Shown in pieces: positions 24,959 through 39,708 of a DNA stretch of 64,000 nt (positions within the stretch are counted from its first letter, which is position 1; the number at the start of each line of letters is the position of its first letter). Made by a program: the position numbers and the translations under genes. This DNA comes from Eledone cirrhosa (lineage: Eukaryota), in the NCBI GenBank assembly GCA_964016885.1, contig OZ024742.1, positions 273,544,001 to 273,608,000 of the forward strand. The letters run 5' to 3'. The notes beneath the pieces are model-generated. The model saw only the letters and a program-made list of their open reading frames with translations. It made no database searches and had not been told where the DNA came from.

Positions 24959-26266
24959 CTCTATTGATGAACGATTCCAACCGTGACCATCCCCACTGAA
25001 AATGTTCGTGAAATAGTCTTTTTAAGACTATATAGAGCATTTGTAGTTTTTCCAAATTGAAGGATGAGTATTTAATCTTTATTTTATTCAGAGTTAAGGC
25101 TCTATTGGTTTCTCCCTGGAATTCACAAAATCTGTGGATAAATCTGTCTTGATTTTTTTAAAATTGATTTTGAATTATTTTCCCACATCTTACGTTAATT
25201 ATTTTCCCATGTTGACGTTATAGTCACTTATATATTATGAAATACTGTTGGCTTCATACTCACAATAATTTCGATACTTTCATTTATATATATATATATA
25301 TTGGGGGAGGGGGTATGTGTGTGTGTATGTTTACGTATGCCTATGTGTATAGACTGGGTGGAACGGCACTTAATATATAGATTACTTGCTTACAACTTCA
25401 CACAAGGTGACACTCATAGTCCTGTTTTGGAGAATATATTGTGTACCATCTCATGCACAGAAACATCTCTGTATGATTAAAAAGTGAAGAGAGAGCGAGA
25501 GAGAGAGAAAGAGAGAGATGGGCGATCTCGTGTTAGAGTGTGCTTGCAGGTGTGCAAACACGGAAACACATCACATTCTTGCATAACGTAGAAAATAAAT
25601 AACCAATAACCAACAACGTCATTGTATGATTTCATGGCATATTCGATTTTTTTTCTTATAAATTTGATTTTGGTGAAGTCTATTGTAATTTTCAATATTT
25701 GTTCAGATTTTAAATGAAAATATGTACATGTCGTGTTATTTGTGACATGAAACCCTACACACGCAGTGACATACACACTCGTTTTGTGTACACTCTCACA
25801 CATACCAACAACTAGTGAAACAGTGACCCACGCAGATGCCCGCACACACAAACAAACATATATCGGCGCCTCATTTATTCATCTATGTATGTGTGGGATA
25901 CAGATAAAAAGAAAGAGTGAGGAAGTCAGTGATAGATAGAAGGATAGAGATAGAGATAAAAAGATGTCGCAAATCAGGCGACAATGCGATAAACCTGTGA
26001 AAAGTACATGCTTCTTACTTATTTTGTGCGATGTATGTATATATAAACATTGGATTAAAGGAAGAAACATTAGTTGATTTACAATATATGCCAAAGATAT
26101 ACTATATCGCTCAATATACACTGATGTACACAACCCTTTGTATGTGGAACTGTGCATATTCTGGAGTCTTAATATGTGTGTGGATGTATACGCGAAAACG
26201 TATATATATATATATATATATACGTACATACATAAACACAGACAAACACACGCATACAAACACACA

Positions 26267-26388
<122 letters not shown>

Positions 26389-26733
26389 AGTTTGTGTGCG
26401 TGTGTGTGTGTGTGTGTAACATGTATATATGAACATATGTATACAATGGTTTTGGTAATTGAAATTGTATCGATTTTCGTGTGAGCTACGCAAAGAACAA
26501 CATGTGTTCCTCTGTAAAGTGCTATTGTTAGATTGTGTTAGTTTACAATACCAGATTTCGAGAATTATACGTTGAAGGGAAAGACAATGGACTAATACAT
26601 ACCTATATATATATATATATACACACATACATATATACATACATATTTAAAGTTGTGTTTCAAAATTGAATAATCAATGGATACAATATTTTACGTCACC
26701 TTAATAAATATATATATATATGTGTAAATATAC

Positions 26734-26778
<45 letters not shown>

Positions 26779-26910
26779 ATGATATTATTTATAGTTATGT
26801 ATACACTATATACAACTATAAAGAGGAAACGTCAGAAATTTATTGCTACCTTATTATCAGTAAGAAAAAATAGCCCAATGTAAATACATGAGATGTTTTA
26901 CAGAGCCGGA

Positions 26911-27881
26911 ATATAAATTACACAATAATCAAAGCTATGTTCAAATCATTTTATTGCTGACAATCGTTTCTTCCAAACTATCGTTTGGAATCATCGGAGC
27001 AGTAGTAATGTTTGTACATATAATTAACCTCCTATCCAACTGAACAATCATATAGATACATGGAAATAAATCTTATCAACAGTTTCGTATTTACAAGGTG
27101 AAATGGATGCGACATAGAGTACAATAAATAAAATAGATCAAAATCACTTCCGGAAATTAAACCGTTATTAAAACCACTCCACAGAAACTTGAAAACCTGA
27201 TAGCATTATAATAGGACCGGTGTACAATCCATGGCTGTGACTGATTAAAAACATTCACTAAAATAAAACACAGCCAATGTAATGGAAAAGATAGCAATAA
27301 CATTGATGCTGTCAGCATATATACATTTGAACATTACAGAAAAAACAGTCACACTACATCCACCATAAACACATAGTTTTATTACAAAAACAGCTTTACC
27401 TGATATGCTTATTTCATGTGATACCTTTCCCTTGCAAAAAATTATATATGCCTAATAAAATTGCTTGTTTCCTACCTGTATATGACTAATGCATTTGCAC
27501 TCTCTTAACGCTTGCAAATGTACTGCTAGTAACCTTGTTTACGAGTAACTTTCTACCTTAGTGCCTTTTTAATTGTTATACTATTCCCTTATAATCTCTG
27601 TACATTTATAATTTTTAATTTTTAATTTGAAATATTTAATTTGTAATTTTAATTATTGTACAATTCCATTGTAATCTATGTCGCATCCATTTCACCTTGT
27701 AAATACGAAAATGTTGACAACATTAATTTCCATGTATCTATATGATTGTTCAGTTGAATAGGAGGTTAATTATATATACAAACATTGCTACTGTTCCGAT
27801 AAATCCAAACGATAGTTTGGAAGAAACGATCGTCAGCAATAAAATGATATGAACATGGCTTTGATTATTGTGTAATTTATA
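26911..27881. mobile_element. Inverted-repeat element (arms about 26911-27125 and 27668-27881) with a hammerhead-like motif; probable Penelope-like pseudo-LTR pair
   Basis: Arms are reverse complements. The right arm ends in (TA)n. Confidence 0.65.
26955..27001 (-). ncRNA. Type I hammerhead-like motif with CCGAUGA core; more decayed partner copy on + at 27792-27838
   Basis: ugcu-CCGAUGA-uuccaaac[gaua]guuuggaa-GAAAC gauu GUC-agca. Stem I, an 8-bp stem II and a short stem III all pair. Core U4 is replaced by C. Confidence 0.6.
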
Positions 27882-27903
27882 TATATATACACACACACAC
27901 ACA

Positions 27904-28038
<135 letters not shown>

Positions 28039-28090
28039 TTTCTGAATTTGTTTAGCAAGATTCTTTATCTGAAATCGTGTGTTGAAACCG

Positions 28091-29119
28091 ATATTGTTAT
28101 ACTTTAGGAGGGTCATGTTGCCAATAAGAAACACACGCACCAGTTGCTTTCACTTCAATTTATTATATATTTATAAATTCATAAATTTACAAATCTACAA
28201 ACTTATAAATTATAAATTTCTGTTTGGTTGGTTGGTTCCACAACCAGATAGTTGTTTATATATATAGTCATAGTCCTTTCGTCACACACTCTGTGACCTC
28301 TTCAGTGACTGGGGATTCCTTTCTTCGTTTCTGTGCCTTTTCTTTCTTCTATCCTACGCCATTTTGTTTCTGTGTGTGTGTTGTGTGCTCAGTTTGCGCA
28401 TGTGCCACATCCGGGTGTCTGTGTGTGTTTGTGTTCATTTTTCTATTTGTTTATTTATTTATTGTTGGTTGGTTGTTTGTTCTATGTGTGTGTGTGTTTT
28501 CATTTTGTCCTGTGTGTGTTTTCATTTTGTGTGTGTTTTCAATTGTAAGTTGTTTGTTCTATGTGTGTGTGTGTTTTCATTTTGTCCTTAATTGTAAGTT
28601 GTGATGTTGCTGTTCCACTCATATTTTCTATTTAATTTTGGTTTTAATTCTTTTAAGCTTACTGCCTCTTTAATTTGCAAATTACAGAAAATAAATAGAA
28701 AAATTACAGAAAATAAATAGAGAAATTACAGAAAATAAATAGAGAAATTACAGAAAATAAATAGAAAACAAATAGAAAAATGAACACAAACACACACAGA
28801 CACCCGGATGTGGCACATGCGCAAACTGAGCACACAACACACACACAGAAACAAAATGGCGTAGGATAGAAGAAAGAAAAGGCACAGAAACGAAGAAAGG
28901 AATTCCCAGTCACTGAAGAGGTCACAGAGTGTGTGACGAAAGGACTATGACTATATATATAAACAACTATCTGGTTGTGGAACCAACCAACAAACCAGAA
29001 ATTTATAATTTATAAGTTTGTAGATTTGTAAATTTATGAATTTATAAATATATAATAAATTGAAGTGAAAGCAACTGGTGCGTGTGTTTCTTATTGGCAA
29101 CATGACCCTCCCAAAGTAT

Positions 29120-29127
<8 letters not shown>
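28091..29127. mobile_element. Inverted-repeat element (arms about 28091-28460 and 28755-29127) with hammerheads; probable Penelope-like pseudo-LTR pair
   Basis: Near-identical reverse-complement arms between (TA)n tracts. A related terminus (gttatactt..gagggtcat) recurs near 63743. Confidence 0.7.
28908..28952 (+). ncRNA. Type I hammerhead ribozyme with minimal stem III; identical copy on - at 28266-28310
   Basis: aguca-CUGAAGA-g gucaca[gagug]ugugac-GAAA ggac UA-ugacu. Confidence 0.7.
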
Positions 29128-29197
<70 letters not shown>

Positions 29198-29228
29198 TTA
29201 TATATATATATACATTTATATGTATGTC

Positions 29229-29275
<47 letters not shown>

Positions 29276-29276
29276 C

Positions 29277-29462
29277 GAGGGAAATGTGGGAAGGAACCAG
29301 ATGGACCATAACGCATCAATACTTAGGGTAGTAGAGTGGGTAATAGGAACGAGTAGGACCCCGACGGCTGAGCTCAAGCCGTTTCGACGGCTAATTCTGG
29401 ACTCAAGAATTAGCCGTCGAATAAAAGTATAAAAGATACGGATACATATGATACAGACACAT

Positions 29463-29498
<36 letters not shown>

Positions 29499-29764
29499 AC
29501 ACACATGCGCATACATATATATATACATACATATATATATATATATACATACATATGCACGTGTGGGTGTTAATATATATATATATTATATATAACAAAC
29601 GAATTGTGGTAAGGAACCAGATGGACCATAACGCATCAGAGTACTCAATACTTAGGGTAGTATAGTGGGAAATAGGAAAAAGTATGTCCCCGACGGCAGA
29701 ACTCAAGCCGTTTCGACCGCTATTTCTGGAGGGCTTGAACTCTGCCGTCGGGGTCATACTTTTT

Positions 29765-29803
<39 letters not shown>

Positions 29804-29962
29804 TTATATATATATTTACATATATATATATATTAACACCCACACATGCATATATATGTATATATACATATATATACATGTGGGTGGACGCGCGCGCGCT
29901 CGTGTGTGTGTTTGTGTGTGTAAATATGTGTGTGTATTCATGTATATCCGTATCTTTTATAA
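29277..29962. repeat. Nested direct and inverted repeats with GC-rich hairpins
   Basis: Direct repeat starting aaggaaccagatggaccataacgcatca at 29291 and 29611. Hairpins at 29383-29421 and 29682-29759. About 29425-29580 is inverted relative to about 29820-29962. Confidence 0.7.
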
Positions 29963-32296
29963 TGCCTGCCTTGCTTATGAGTGAAATTGATTGATAGACT
30001 TAAACAAAAGCATGTATATATAGGACTGATGATGTGGGCTTTTATGTACAAAGTTGTTTTTCACAATTCAATAATCGATGGATACAATATTTTACGTCAC
30101 CTTAATACATTTGCTTATTGGGAGAATAGGACATCAGCATTTCATGCATCAAACGCTGATATTAATAGTCTATACACACACTACTCACCGAATCCCCCGA
30201 AACATACACACACACAAACACACACGCACAGACATACATATACACATATATAGAGTGATTATTTCGCTTTCTTCAAGTGAAGTAATGTTTACACAATTAA
30301 GTATACCGATGACTCTCAACAATACATACTTTTTAATTTTCACTTCGAATCTAAATAATAATATGTATGGCAATTGTATTCAACTGTATTAGGATCAAGT
30401 TCTTCAACTTGTTTCAATATATGACCGCAAATATTTTATCTCTGCTCCGTGATTTATAGATTAACATGTTAAACATACCTACGGAGTTCATCGTTATCAC
30501 TATAAAGAGCAGCTCTGTTTAATATTAAATAGATATTCTGTACAGTGAAATTGACTAATAAAAATAAAACAGGGGTAATATTGATACGCTTAATGCGTGA
30601 CATTTCCAGTCGTTCATCAAGTTGCAATTTCCTTTGAGGGGCATTCTGTGTTAATGGAAATTGCTTGGTGTCATGTACTATCACATCTCGAAATTTGATT
30701 TCTAGAATATTATTCCTGTTTTAAATGTCATACAAAGTTTGTCAGATTACGGTAGATGTTACGTAAATTATATTTCTCCTACGAAACGATGTTATTATAA
30801 ATCTTACTGATGCACGAAACATTAGCATGCATATTAAGTGTAAAATGAAACAGATTTAGATTTTAAATATTCACTTTAAATATTCACTTCGATTCGACTT
30901 GATTTTGTTAAGAGATATCTTTCAGAACTGAGGAACAATATACCAGCTGTTGTTGCTATAAGAGTCTCTGTAGTGGTGGGGTTGAGTGACTATGTCTCAA
31001 TTCGATCAGTAACCACTGACATAACATATTCAATAAACAACTTTCCCTCGGTTTCCACCTGTTCTGATTGTTGACTTTGGATTTATAATGATGTTATAAA
31101 CTTTTACAAACACCAGTCAGACAAGTACAATCTTCTTTTGGAGGCTCGCATAACTTCTTCGATGGTATCTCCATCTTCAATACCATGTGATGGGTTAGTG
31201 TGTTTATTAAACAAGTTGACTTGTGATTTCTAATGGTGATATATATAGAGTATATAATGGTGATATATATTGGGTATATATAGCCAATCGCTGTTAGAAT
31301 TATTCTGAAAAGGACTTACTAATTTGAATATAATTATCTATCACGTTGGTAAAAACAAGATGTATATTAATCAGCCGAAGGCTCAATAAAGTTATATCCG
31401 TCTGAGAATCAATTAAGGATGTATATCATGTTTCCAGTTTGCGGGAAATTCTTAATTTCTGGCATGTATAGATGCTTCCTATTAAGAATGTGTATATTTG
31501 TATACACATGCTGCAGTCCTGGTTACCTCCTTTGTATATACAGATACAAGTGTATCGTAAATTATGGCTGCTTAGCCAGGTTCGTAATATATATCTTAAT
31601 TAACAGGTAACACGTGAACTAATTGTATGCACATCTGTACGTCCATTTCAAAACGCTGCAAAGAGCAAATTGGTGTAAAGGCCCATCCAAAGCATGTATC
31701 CTTCAGTCTATTTGGATGAGATACACAGCTGTTGATGTGGGCCCAAGAAGGTCCAAAAATACATCAAAGGATTTGTTTCCCTCACATTATTATATATATC
31801 CCTATTACATAAGTGATATTTAAACACACACTGGCATAGTCACTGCTTTCCAGTCTATAAACACACGCACACATACATAGACACTCACACACGTGTGTGT
31901 ATGTGTATGTATAGAAAGATACATATACACATGCGTATATATTCACAAACATACGCACATATATATAAATTGAAAGGAACATACCCTGTGGATAATTCGT
32001 TGATAAATGAAGGAATATCTATAAAATACCTATTATTTAATAGTTTAATATTCACTTGATGTCGATATGCGCTTCAATAATATTCATATAAGGTATGCAT
32101 TGATATTGCTAATCGAAGAAATATTATGGAAAAGGCGTTAAAAGGTCTGCTTAATCTTGTTATAACACCTGATGCTCTTTAAACGCTACACTCAATTGCA
32201 CTAAAATGTAGTCTGCTTTGCAAAATACTACAATTGATGTTATTGATTCCACATCTATTTGTAGTGCAAAATTGACCTACGCACACACACACACGC

Positions 32297-32450
<154 letters not shown>

Positions 32451-32465
32451 ATATGCATTTATATA

Positions 32466-33457
32466 TAAAGAAGAAATTAAAAGATGGTTTAAAAAGTTTC
32501 ATATATTTTATTATGAGCATTTCGAAAACAACATCATCGTGGGACAAAAATTGTGTTCTCATCAGATAAAATAAGATATCATGATGAGGCCTAAAAACAC
32601 GTGTGAACAAGAAAGTGTACAGTCAACATATGACAAAAATATAAAAGAAGAGAGGAAAATAGGAAAAATGAAGAAAAGGAAAGAAGAAGGAAAAAGGAAA
32701 AAAGAAATAGAAGAGAGGAAAAAAGAAAGAAAGAAGGAGGAGAGAGAAAGAGAAACAGAGAGAGATAGATACTTTTGATCGGGAACACTGTCAAAAATGA
32801 ATAGACAGCTGTGAATAACGGCTAAAAAATATAGCAATAAAAATAAATAAATAAATAAATTGATGAGGTGAATGTGCTAGTATACAAATATCAGATGTCT
32901 AGAATAAAGAAACGGTATACTATTTAATATTGAGTTTGAATATTAAAAAATTGGATTAAAAAGTGTAAAACTGCATTAATAGTATAAAAATAAAATAAAA
33001 TAAAATAAAATAAAATAAAATAAAAATTAAATTTAAAATAATTATAATAATTATAAAAAAGGGGTTTATTAAAATAAACTAAAATAAAAAAAAAATAAAG
33101 TAAGATAGACTAGAATAAAAAATAAAAATAAGAATAGTATATCCATGACAAAATAAAAAATTACTTCCGTCTTTCTTTTTTCCTCTCTTCTATTTCTTTT
33201 TTCCTTTTTCCTTCTTCTTTCCTTTTCTTCATTTTTCCTATTTTCCTCTCTTCATTTTTACTATTTTCTTCACTTCTCTCATATTTTTGTCATGTGTTGA
33301 CATGAACACTTTCTTGTTCTCAAGTGTTTTTAGGCCTCATATCATGTTACCTTATTGTATCTGATGAGAACACAATTTTTGTCCCAGGATGAAGTTTTCG
33401 AAATGCTCATAATAAAATATATGGAACTTTTTTAACCATCTTGTAATTTCTTCTTTA
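32466..33457. mobile_element. Inverted-repeat element (arms about 32466-32731 and 33170-33457) with hammerhead motifs; probable Penelope-like pseudo-LTR pair
   Basis: Reverse-complement arms with (TA)n on or near both outer sides. Confidence 0.65.
32504..32573 (-). ncRNA. Type I hammerhead-like motif; partner copy on + at 33353-33419
   Basis: uauuuuau-CUGAUGA-gaa...uuc-GAAA ug cu ca UA-auaaaaua. 8-bp stem I and intact core. Stem II pairs only weakly. Confidence 0.6.
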
Positions 33458-33545
33458 TACATACTCCAGTTCTACCAACTGTCGAGTGCTACTTATCTGA
33501 TATATGCATAGTTTTATTATTCTACAATATTGCTCACATCCTACA

Positions 33546-33670
<125 letters not shown>

Positions 33671-34453
33671 CATATATACATACATATATATATATACATG
33701 TGTGTGTGTGTGTGTCTCTGTGTCTCTGTGCGTCTGTGTGTGTCTATGTGTCTGTGTGTATGTATAAATACATATACACATACATATACCTATACATACA
33801 CACGTAAGTGCATACACAGAAAAACATATAAATATATTAGCACTCACAAATATTCATACATATCTAAAAAATATGTTTAAGTATAATTGTAGAGAGGAAT
33901 TTTCTGGGCTGCAATTAGTGATGAGATAAGATTGGGCAAGCGTCATATATAAGTGTTATAAGTAAGTGGTATTATATATGTGTGTCAAATAGAAAGAAGG
34001 AGTGTTTCATGCGTCCAATAGATTACGCATGAGGAAGGAAATGAGAATAGTCAATATGTGAGTGTTATAGGTATAACAAAAAGCATGTAATCATGTAGTC
34101 AAAATGTGAGTGTCGTTTTTGTGCTATGGGTATAATTAAATATATGTTTTCATATTGAATATATGTTCAGGGTAGTTAGTAATAATGCTATTTCATAATT
34201 GAAATAATGTTCAGGGTGGTTGTGTAACCAAATTGATGCTATGTTTACTGAACGTTTCTGTTAGGATCGTGTACTTTCCTGAAACAGTTGGTAATGGAAT
34301 AGTTATATTGTGTTGTTCATTATGTAATCAAATAGCTCTGCACTATACATAGAGCACTCTTCTTTCCTTTATCTTTTCTACGGAAATACTTCATACACAC
34401 ACACACACATATATACATATACACATATGTTAATATATATATGTATGTATATC

Positions 34454-34534
<81 letters not shown>

Positions 34535-35581
34535 TATGGTATAAATGAAGTCGTAGAGTAATATTGTAATTTAGGAAACTGAATGATTTTCGGCTTCAGC
34601 AGAGTTATGAATAAAGTAAATAAATTAGTAGAACGAAAATGAGAGAGGTTATTGAAATCAACAATAATTAAATATGTACATACACGCATCCGCTGAAGCC
34701 CTGAAAATACTCTACGCCAATTATCAACAAAAGTTCTGAGGCAATTTCGGGTTGTAACCATAAATTGCATAAAACTTTCCTGTATTACAGCCCCACATTA
34801 TAACCTAACGGATAGTACGAACAATAGGCGGATAATTTACGTCTTGATGTGGTAGCTAAGTATATTTCAGGGTTATACCATTACTTATTTGTATAGGTTA
34901 GTATACCTTACCCGCATGTTTTCTGAAGGTACGTATAATTTCTCGTACGTATATTTGCTCGTATTTGTTATAGGTGTATATATTATATTATATACACTGG
35001 TTCATGTGTATATGGTTTGTGTGTGTATGCGTGTTTGCACGTATGTAAGGTATGTATATGTGTACTTAGTGTTTTGGATGACTACGTTTAGTGAACATGT
35101 GTGTATTTACCTGTAGGTATATGTGTGCGTGCGTTATGTACGTATTTATGTTTATATAATTATATGTATATACACACAAGCACACATATATATATTTTTT
35201 TATGTGTGCGGGTACAGGTGTCGCGCGGGTTCATGTATGTGTGCGTGTGTTTATGTTTTTGTGCTTGTATGTGCATGCATGGCGGGTGTTTCCGCGTAGG
35301 TATGTGTATATATGTATATAGATGCGTGTATGTATATATTTAATTATTGTTGATTTCAATAACCTCTGTCATTTCCGTTCTACTAATTTATTTACATTGG
35401 GGTTAACTCTGAAGCCAGAATCATTCGGTTTCCTAAATTAGAATATTAGTCTACGATCACAGAATAAAAGAGAATCAGTGTTGCGACGAATGGAATTTAT
35501 TGGACATATTACAACCGTTTCTCTGGCGACCAGCTCGAGGCACGATCGATGTGATGATCGAACATGACTCTGAAAATTGCA

Positions 35582-35648
<67 letters not shown>

Positions 35649-36082
35649 TACATATGTGAGCTTAAGTTTCAGTCATTCCGTAGAAAAGTGGTAAGGTACC
35701 AAATGTCACCAACCAATGCTAAAGCAGAGTATATATAATAGGAACAACGGTGGAAGTGTTACATCAAGAATGTATTGATCAGTCATGGGTATAATTGTTT
35801 CACAATGAATCGGCTCATGATTCCAGAGCAGATTCTAGATAAGCCTCGTCCTCAGACCAATCGTATCACAACAATATGTAAATTATATCTATGGCCAAAC
35901 CAGCCTGTCACAAACAAATGTAAAGAGATTGTCCAATCGGAAGCCCAGAATTCACAAGATGCAAATACACAATGCAGTCCTTACGTATAAGGTTATAATG
36001 ACAATTAAATAACCTATGTATACAAACGAATAAACATGCCCTCGCAAATAATTACGACTACACACACATATACATATATATA

Positions 36083-36110
36083 TTAGCAGTGTATCCCGCG
36101 TTGCACGGGT
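36083..36110 (-). mobile_element. Helitron-like 3' terminus (hairpin followed by CTRR)
   Basis: Reverse complement reads cccgtgcaacgcggg-atacactg-CTAA-T, a GC-rich stem-loop about 8 nt before CTRR. The upstream extent is not resolvable. Confidence 0.45.
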
Positions 36111-36831
36111 AAGAACATTGGTAATAGCACCTCCAATGGGGAACGTTTATTTGTGAGTGCCTGTTAAAAATCACGAAAATATACCGACAGGAAACTTGTT
36201 TTATTTGGAGAAAATTAAGAAGTTGAAAGTACAGTTTAGCTGTCTACGTGCATTGTTCATAGAAATATTGTTCAGTCCCTTCTTTTCATACTCCTCTGTT
36301 TTGGCCTTTTGGAGTAAATGTCAAAGATAATGTCACAGGTTACGTTGGCAGAAGGTTCCAGTGTCATTAACAGTAACGCGTAGGCTACTTAGCTCAGAAG
36401 TTCATTCGCACTCTTTCCACTAAATTACTCTTTCTCTCTATCCCTCTCGGTAAAGTCCCTTGCGAATTTCTCACGTAGGCCTGGTGTGGATTTGCACCCG
36501 ATCCATCTGCCCGATGCACATGTCCGCTTTGAACGGCTATGGAGGAATGAGTGCAGTACGTTGTTCGGTATTATTACGATAACGTGTAGCAGAGAATCCC
36601 GCGTGAACTAACAGCTCGGGAGGAAACTGCTTACCTCGAACATTCATTCGCCACCGTTCTTGTCAACTCCGTTTAGTTGGTATGTGTTGGTCTATAGTTA
36701 GATGAATGGCGCACAAATGGTTAATGTTCATTGGCAATAAGTTTTTTGAATAATAAAAGACGGGTTAAAGCGACCTACAATGTATCTACTCCACGCTCTC
36801 CCTAGAGCTTTTCCGTTATCTTCATTATTTA

Positions 36832-37009
36832 CAGTATCGGTAGAGGGTCGGACGCCATGCTTTGCAGCAAAGAGTTGCGGTCTTTATGGTCTGAGTTCAA
36901 ACACCGCCGAGGTTAACTTTGCCATTCATCCTTACGGGGCCGATAAAATAAAGTACCAGTAATACATTGGGATAATTGCTGCCCTTGTGCCAAAAGTAGA
37001 AACAATTAT
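36832..37009 (+). mobile_element. tRNA-derived SINE (cephalopod type, MetaSINE-like core)
   Basis: B-box-like 'gagttcaaacacc', core 'gaggttaactttgccattcatccttacggggccgataaaataaagtaccagt' and a tail shared with copies at 3133 and 24315. Confidence 0.7.
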
Positions 37010-37344
37010 CTTCATTACTGGTTGTAGTAAGACGCTAGAGAGAGATGGACACTGTCAGATAAAAATACCCAGAACACATTGGCTCCACTATGGCATCTCA
37101 CACTGGCTGAAGGCTCTCAGAATTGTCAGGCACTATTAATAAACCCACAAAAATAGACGGCACTCAATTTAGAAAATATTCAAAGGTACGAATTCCAAGT
37201 ACCTAAGAAACTGAGGGCGCATCTAAGCTAGAAAAAGAAGAAATGCATCTTTAAAATTTTACCAGTTTTACGTAACTTTCAATAAATTGTTGTTAGGTTG
37301 TTAAGGGCTTTCATTTGGGGCGGGCGGGGGGGGGGGGGGGTATT

Positions 37345-37455
37345 GGGTGACTCGTTAGAACATCGGATAGAATGTTTTGCCATATTTGTTCCAGTCAGCT
37401 TTCTGAGTTCAAATCCCATCGAGGTCAACTTAGCCTTCCAATCTTTCTGGAATCC
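37345..37455 (+). mobile_element. SINE 5' fragment of the same group
   Basis: 'tcgttagaacatcggatagaatg...ctgagttcaaatcccatcgaggtcaacttagccttcc' parallels 36832-36930. Confidence 0.55.
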
Positions 37456-37525
37456 ATTATTCCTTTAATTTTCTTCCTTACTTGCCTTCTCTTGCTTCCT
37501 CATTGTTCCATCTCTTTGTACTCCA

Positions 37526-37588
<63 letters not shown>

Positions 37589-37857
37589 CCCCCCCCCCCT
37601 CTCTCTCTCCGTGTGTACGTACGTGTTCGGCACTCAACTATTTTTTACACTGTCACTTTAATGTATATAATTATGCGGTTTTAACATAGACACAAAGCAA
37701 CCAACTTGAAAATGTGAGAATCCCAAATTCAGAAAATAACTGTAATAAGGGTTGATCACTATAAATAATAGTTGAGAAAATTGGGTAAATTATCCTTAGA
37801 GACGGAAAAAGGGATTATTCTCTGTTTGAGACTACAAGCGCTTTGAATATTCATAGA

Positions 37858-37960
<103 letters not shown>

Positions 37961-38108
37961 CTTTCTCTTCCCCCTCCCTCGCTCTCTCTTTTCTCTCTCT
38001 CTCTCCCGCTGTCCCCCTCTCTTTCTGGAAGAAATCGGCTGTGTTCAGATTTAACAACAAATGAGCTCCACCAAGTTAAAAAATGCCAAAGTCATGCCGT
38101 ATAATCTC

Positions 38109-38447
38109 TCACTACTCGAAAACAATAGCGTAAGGTCTTCGAAATGCTTTTAATTAAGCATACAGTGTATTGCAAAATACACTATATATACATTCATATA
38201 TATATCGCTATTTCAGAGCACCAATTCTATAAGAAACAAACATTCATGATTTTCAGTAAACAGGTGGAGTACATGGCTTTGATAAGTACCAAAAAGTACT
38301 AAACAGAGCTATGTCAGCTTTATCTCCCCTGTTTGCTGAAAATTTAAAATAGGTGAGACTGTCACTACTCTAAAACAATAGTGTAAGGTCTTCGAAATGA
38401 TTTTAATTAAGCATACTGTGTATTGCAAAATGCACTATATATACATC

Positions 38448-38450
<3 letters not shown>
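38109..38450 (+). mobile_element. Diverged 253-bp-period relative of the 310-bp retrozyme-like unit (about 1.3 copies) with a decayed hammerhead at 38249-38343
   Basis: Shares 'aggtcttc.aaatg', 'catac-hairpin' and 'atatatatcgctatttcagagca' with the 310-bp unit. 'tcactactc' at 38109 and 38362. Runs into (TA)n. Confidence 0.7.
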
Positions 38451-38527
<77 letters not shown>

Positions 38528-38530
38528 ATA

Positions 38531-38677
<147 letters not shown>

Positions 38678-39014
38678 CAAGTAAGAATATTTTCGAAACA
38701 GCGAGTTGAATTGAAATTATTAGAAATGTTAGCTATCGCCGTATTTTCATTAAAGCAATTAAAGAAATTATTTAGCCTGATAGTGGGGTTAAGAATCCTC
38801 GGAGAAATGGAAAAAGATGAGTATTGACGTACATGTACGTCAATACTCTGTGAGTGAACACCGTTAATTTTCTCCCTCATATCAAGGATTTGAAGACAAT
38901 TCATTTTCACCTGACGTGTTCAGTGATAATCGATCATGGCTACACGATCGATCTATTTCTTATTGAAACATGTGTCGTGATTAAAATGATTGGAAATGTA
39001 TACCATGCCTTCGG

Positions 39015-39064
<50 letters not shown>

Positions 39065-39293
39065 CCATTTGGCAATGCAGTTCGTCTTTGTTGATTTATT
39101 ATTTTAAATCGACATGGACAAACTGTAATATTATAATTAGTATACTTCATTCTGGCTAAATTTTCTTTTACAATATAAATACAGATGTGTTGGTATTTGT
39201 GTTTCATCATATATATTAGTTTATACACGGCTCAGAAATATTTATTTATTTCTTCGAGCTAATTCCATTGTAAAAAAATTCATTACACTTAAT

Positions 39294-39504
<211 letters not shown>

Positions 39505-39708
39505 ATTATTAAGTGTATATATGTATATATGTATATATATATATATATATATAAGTTATCGCTATATGTAATCCAGTTAGAGGTTGTGAGTGTTCTGCGT
39601 CGTGGATAGTTTTAACGTACGGCTTTTTTTGCCTCAACAAGATGTTTCCATAGTTATGCAACGAGTTCGCGATAATTTTTATGCAGGTTATACCTGGAGT
39701 AATAATAA

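Noticed and set aside
30800-30835. ctgatgc-ac-gaaac hammerhead-like words
   Set aside because: A9 missing, no stem II and no convincing stem I.
37028-37185. Possible plus-strand exon (ag...gtacga)
   Set aside because: Stop codons in all three frames and no supporting neighbours.
36832-37455. tRNA gene
   Set aside because: Only a B-box-like word within SINE heads; no cloverleaf.
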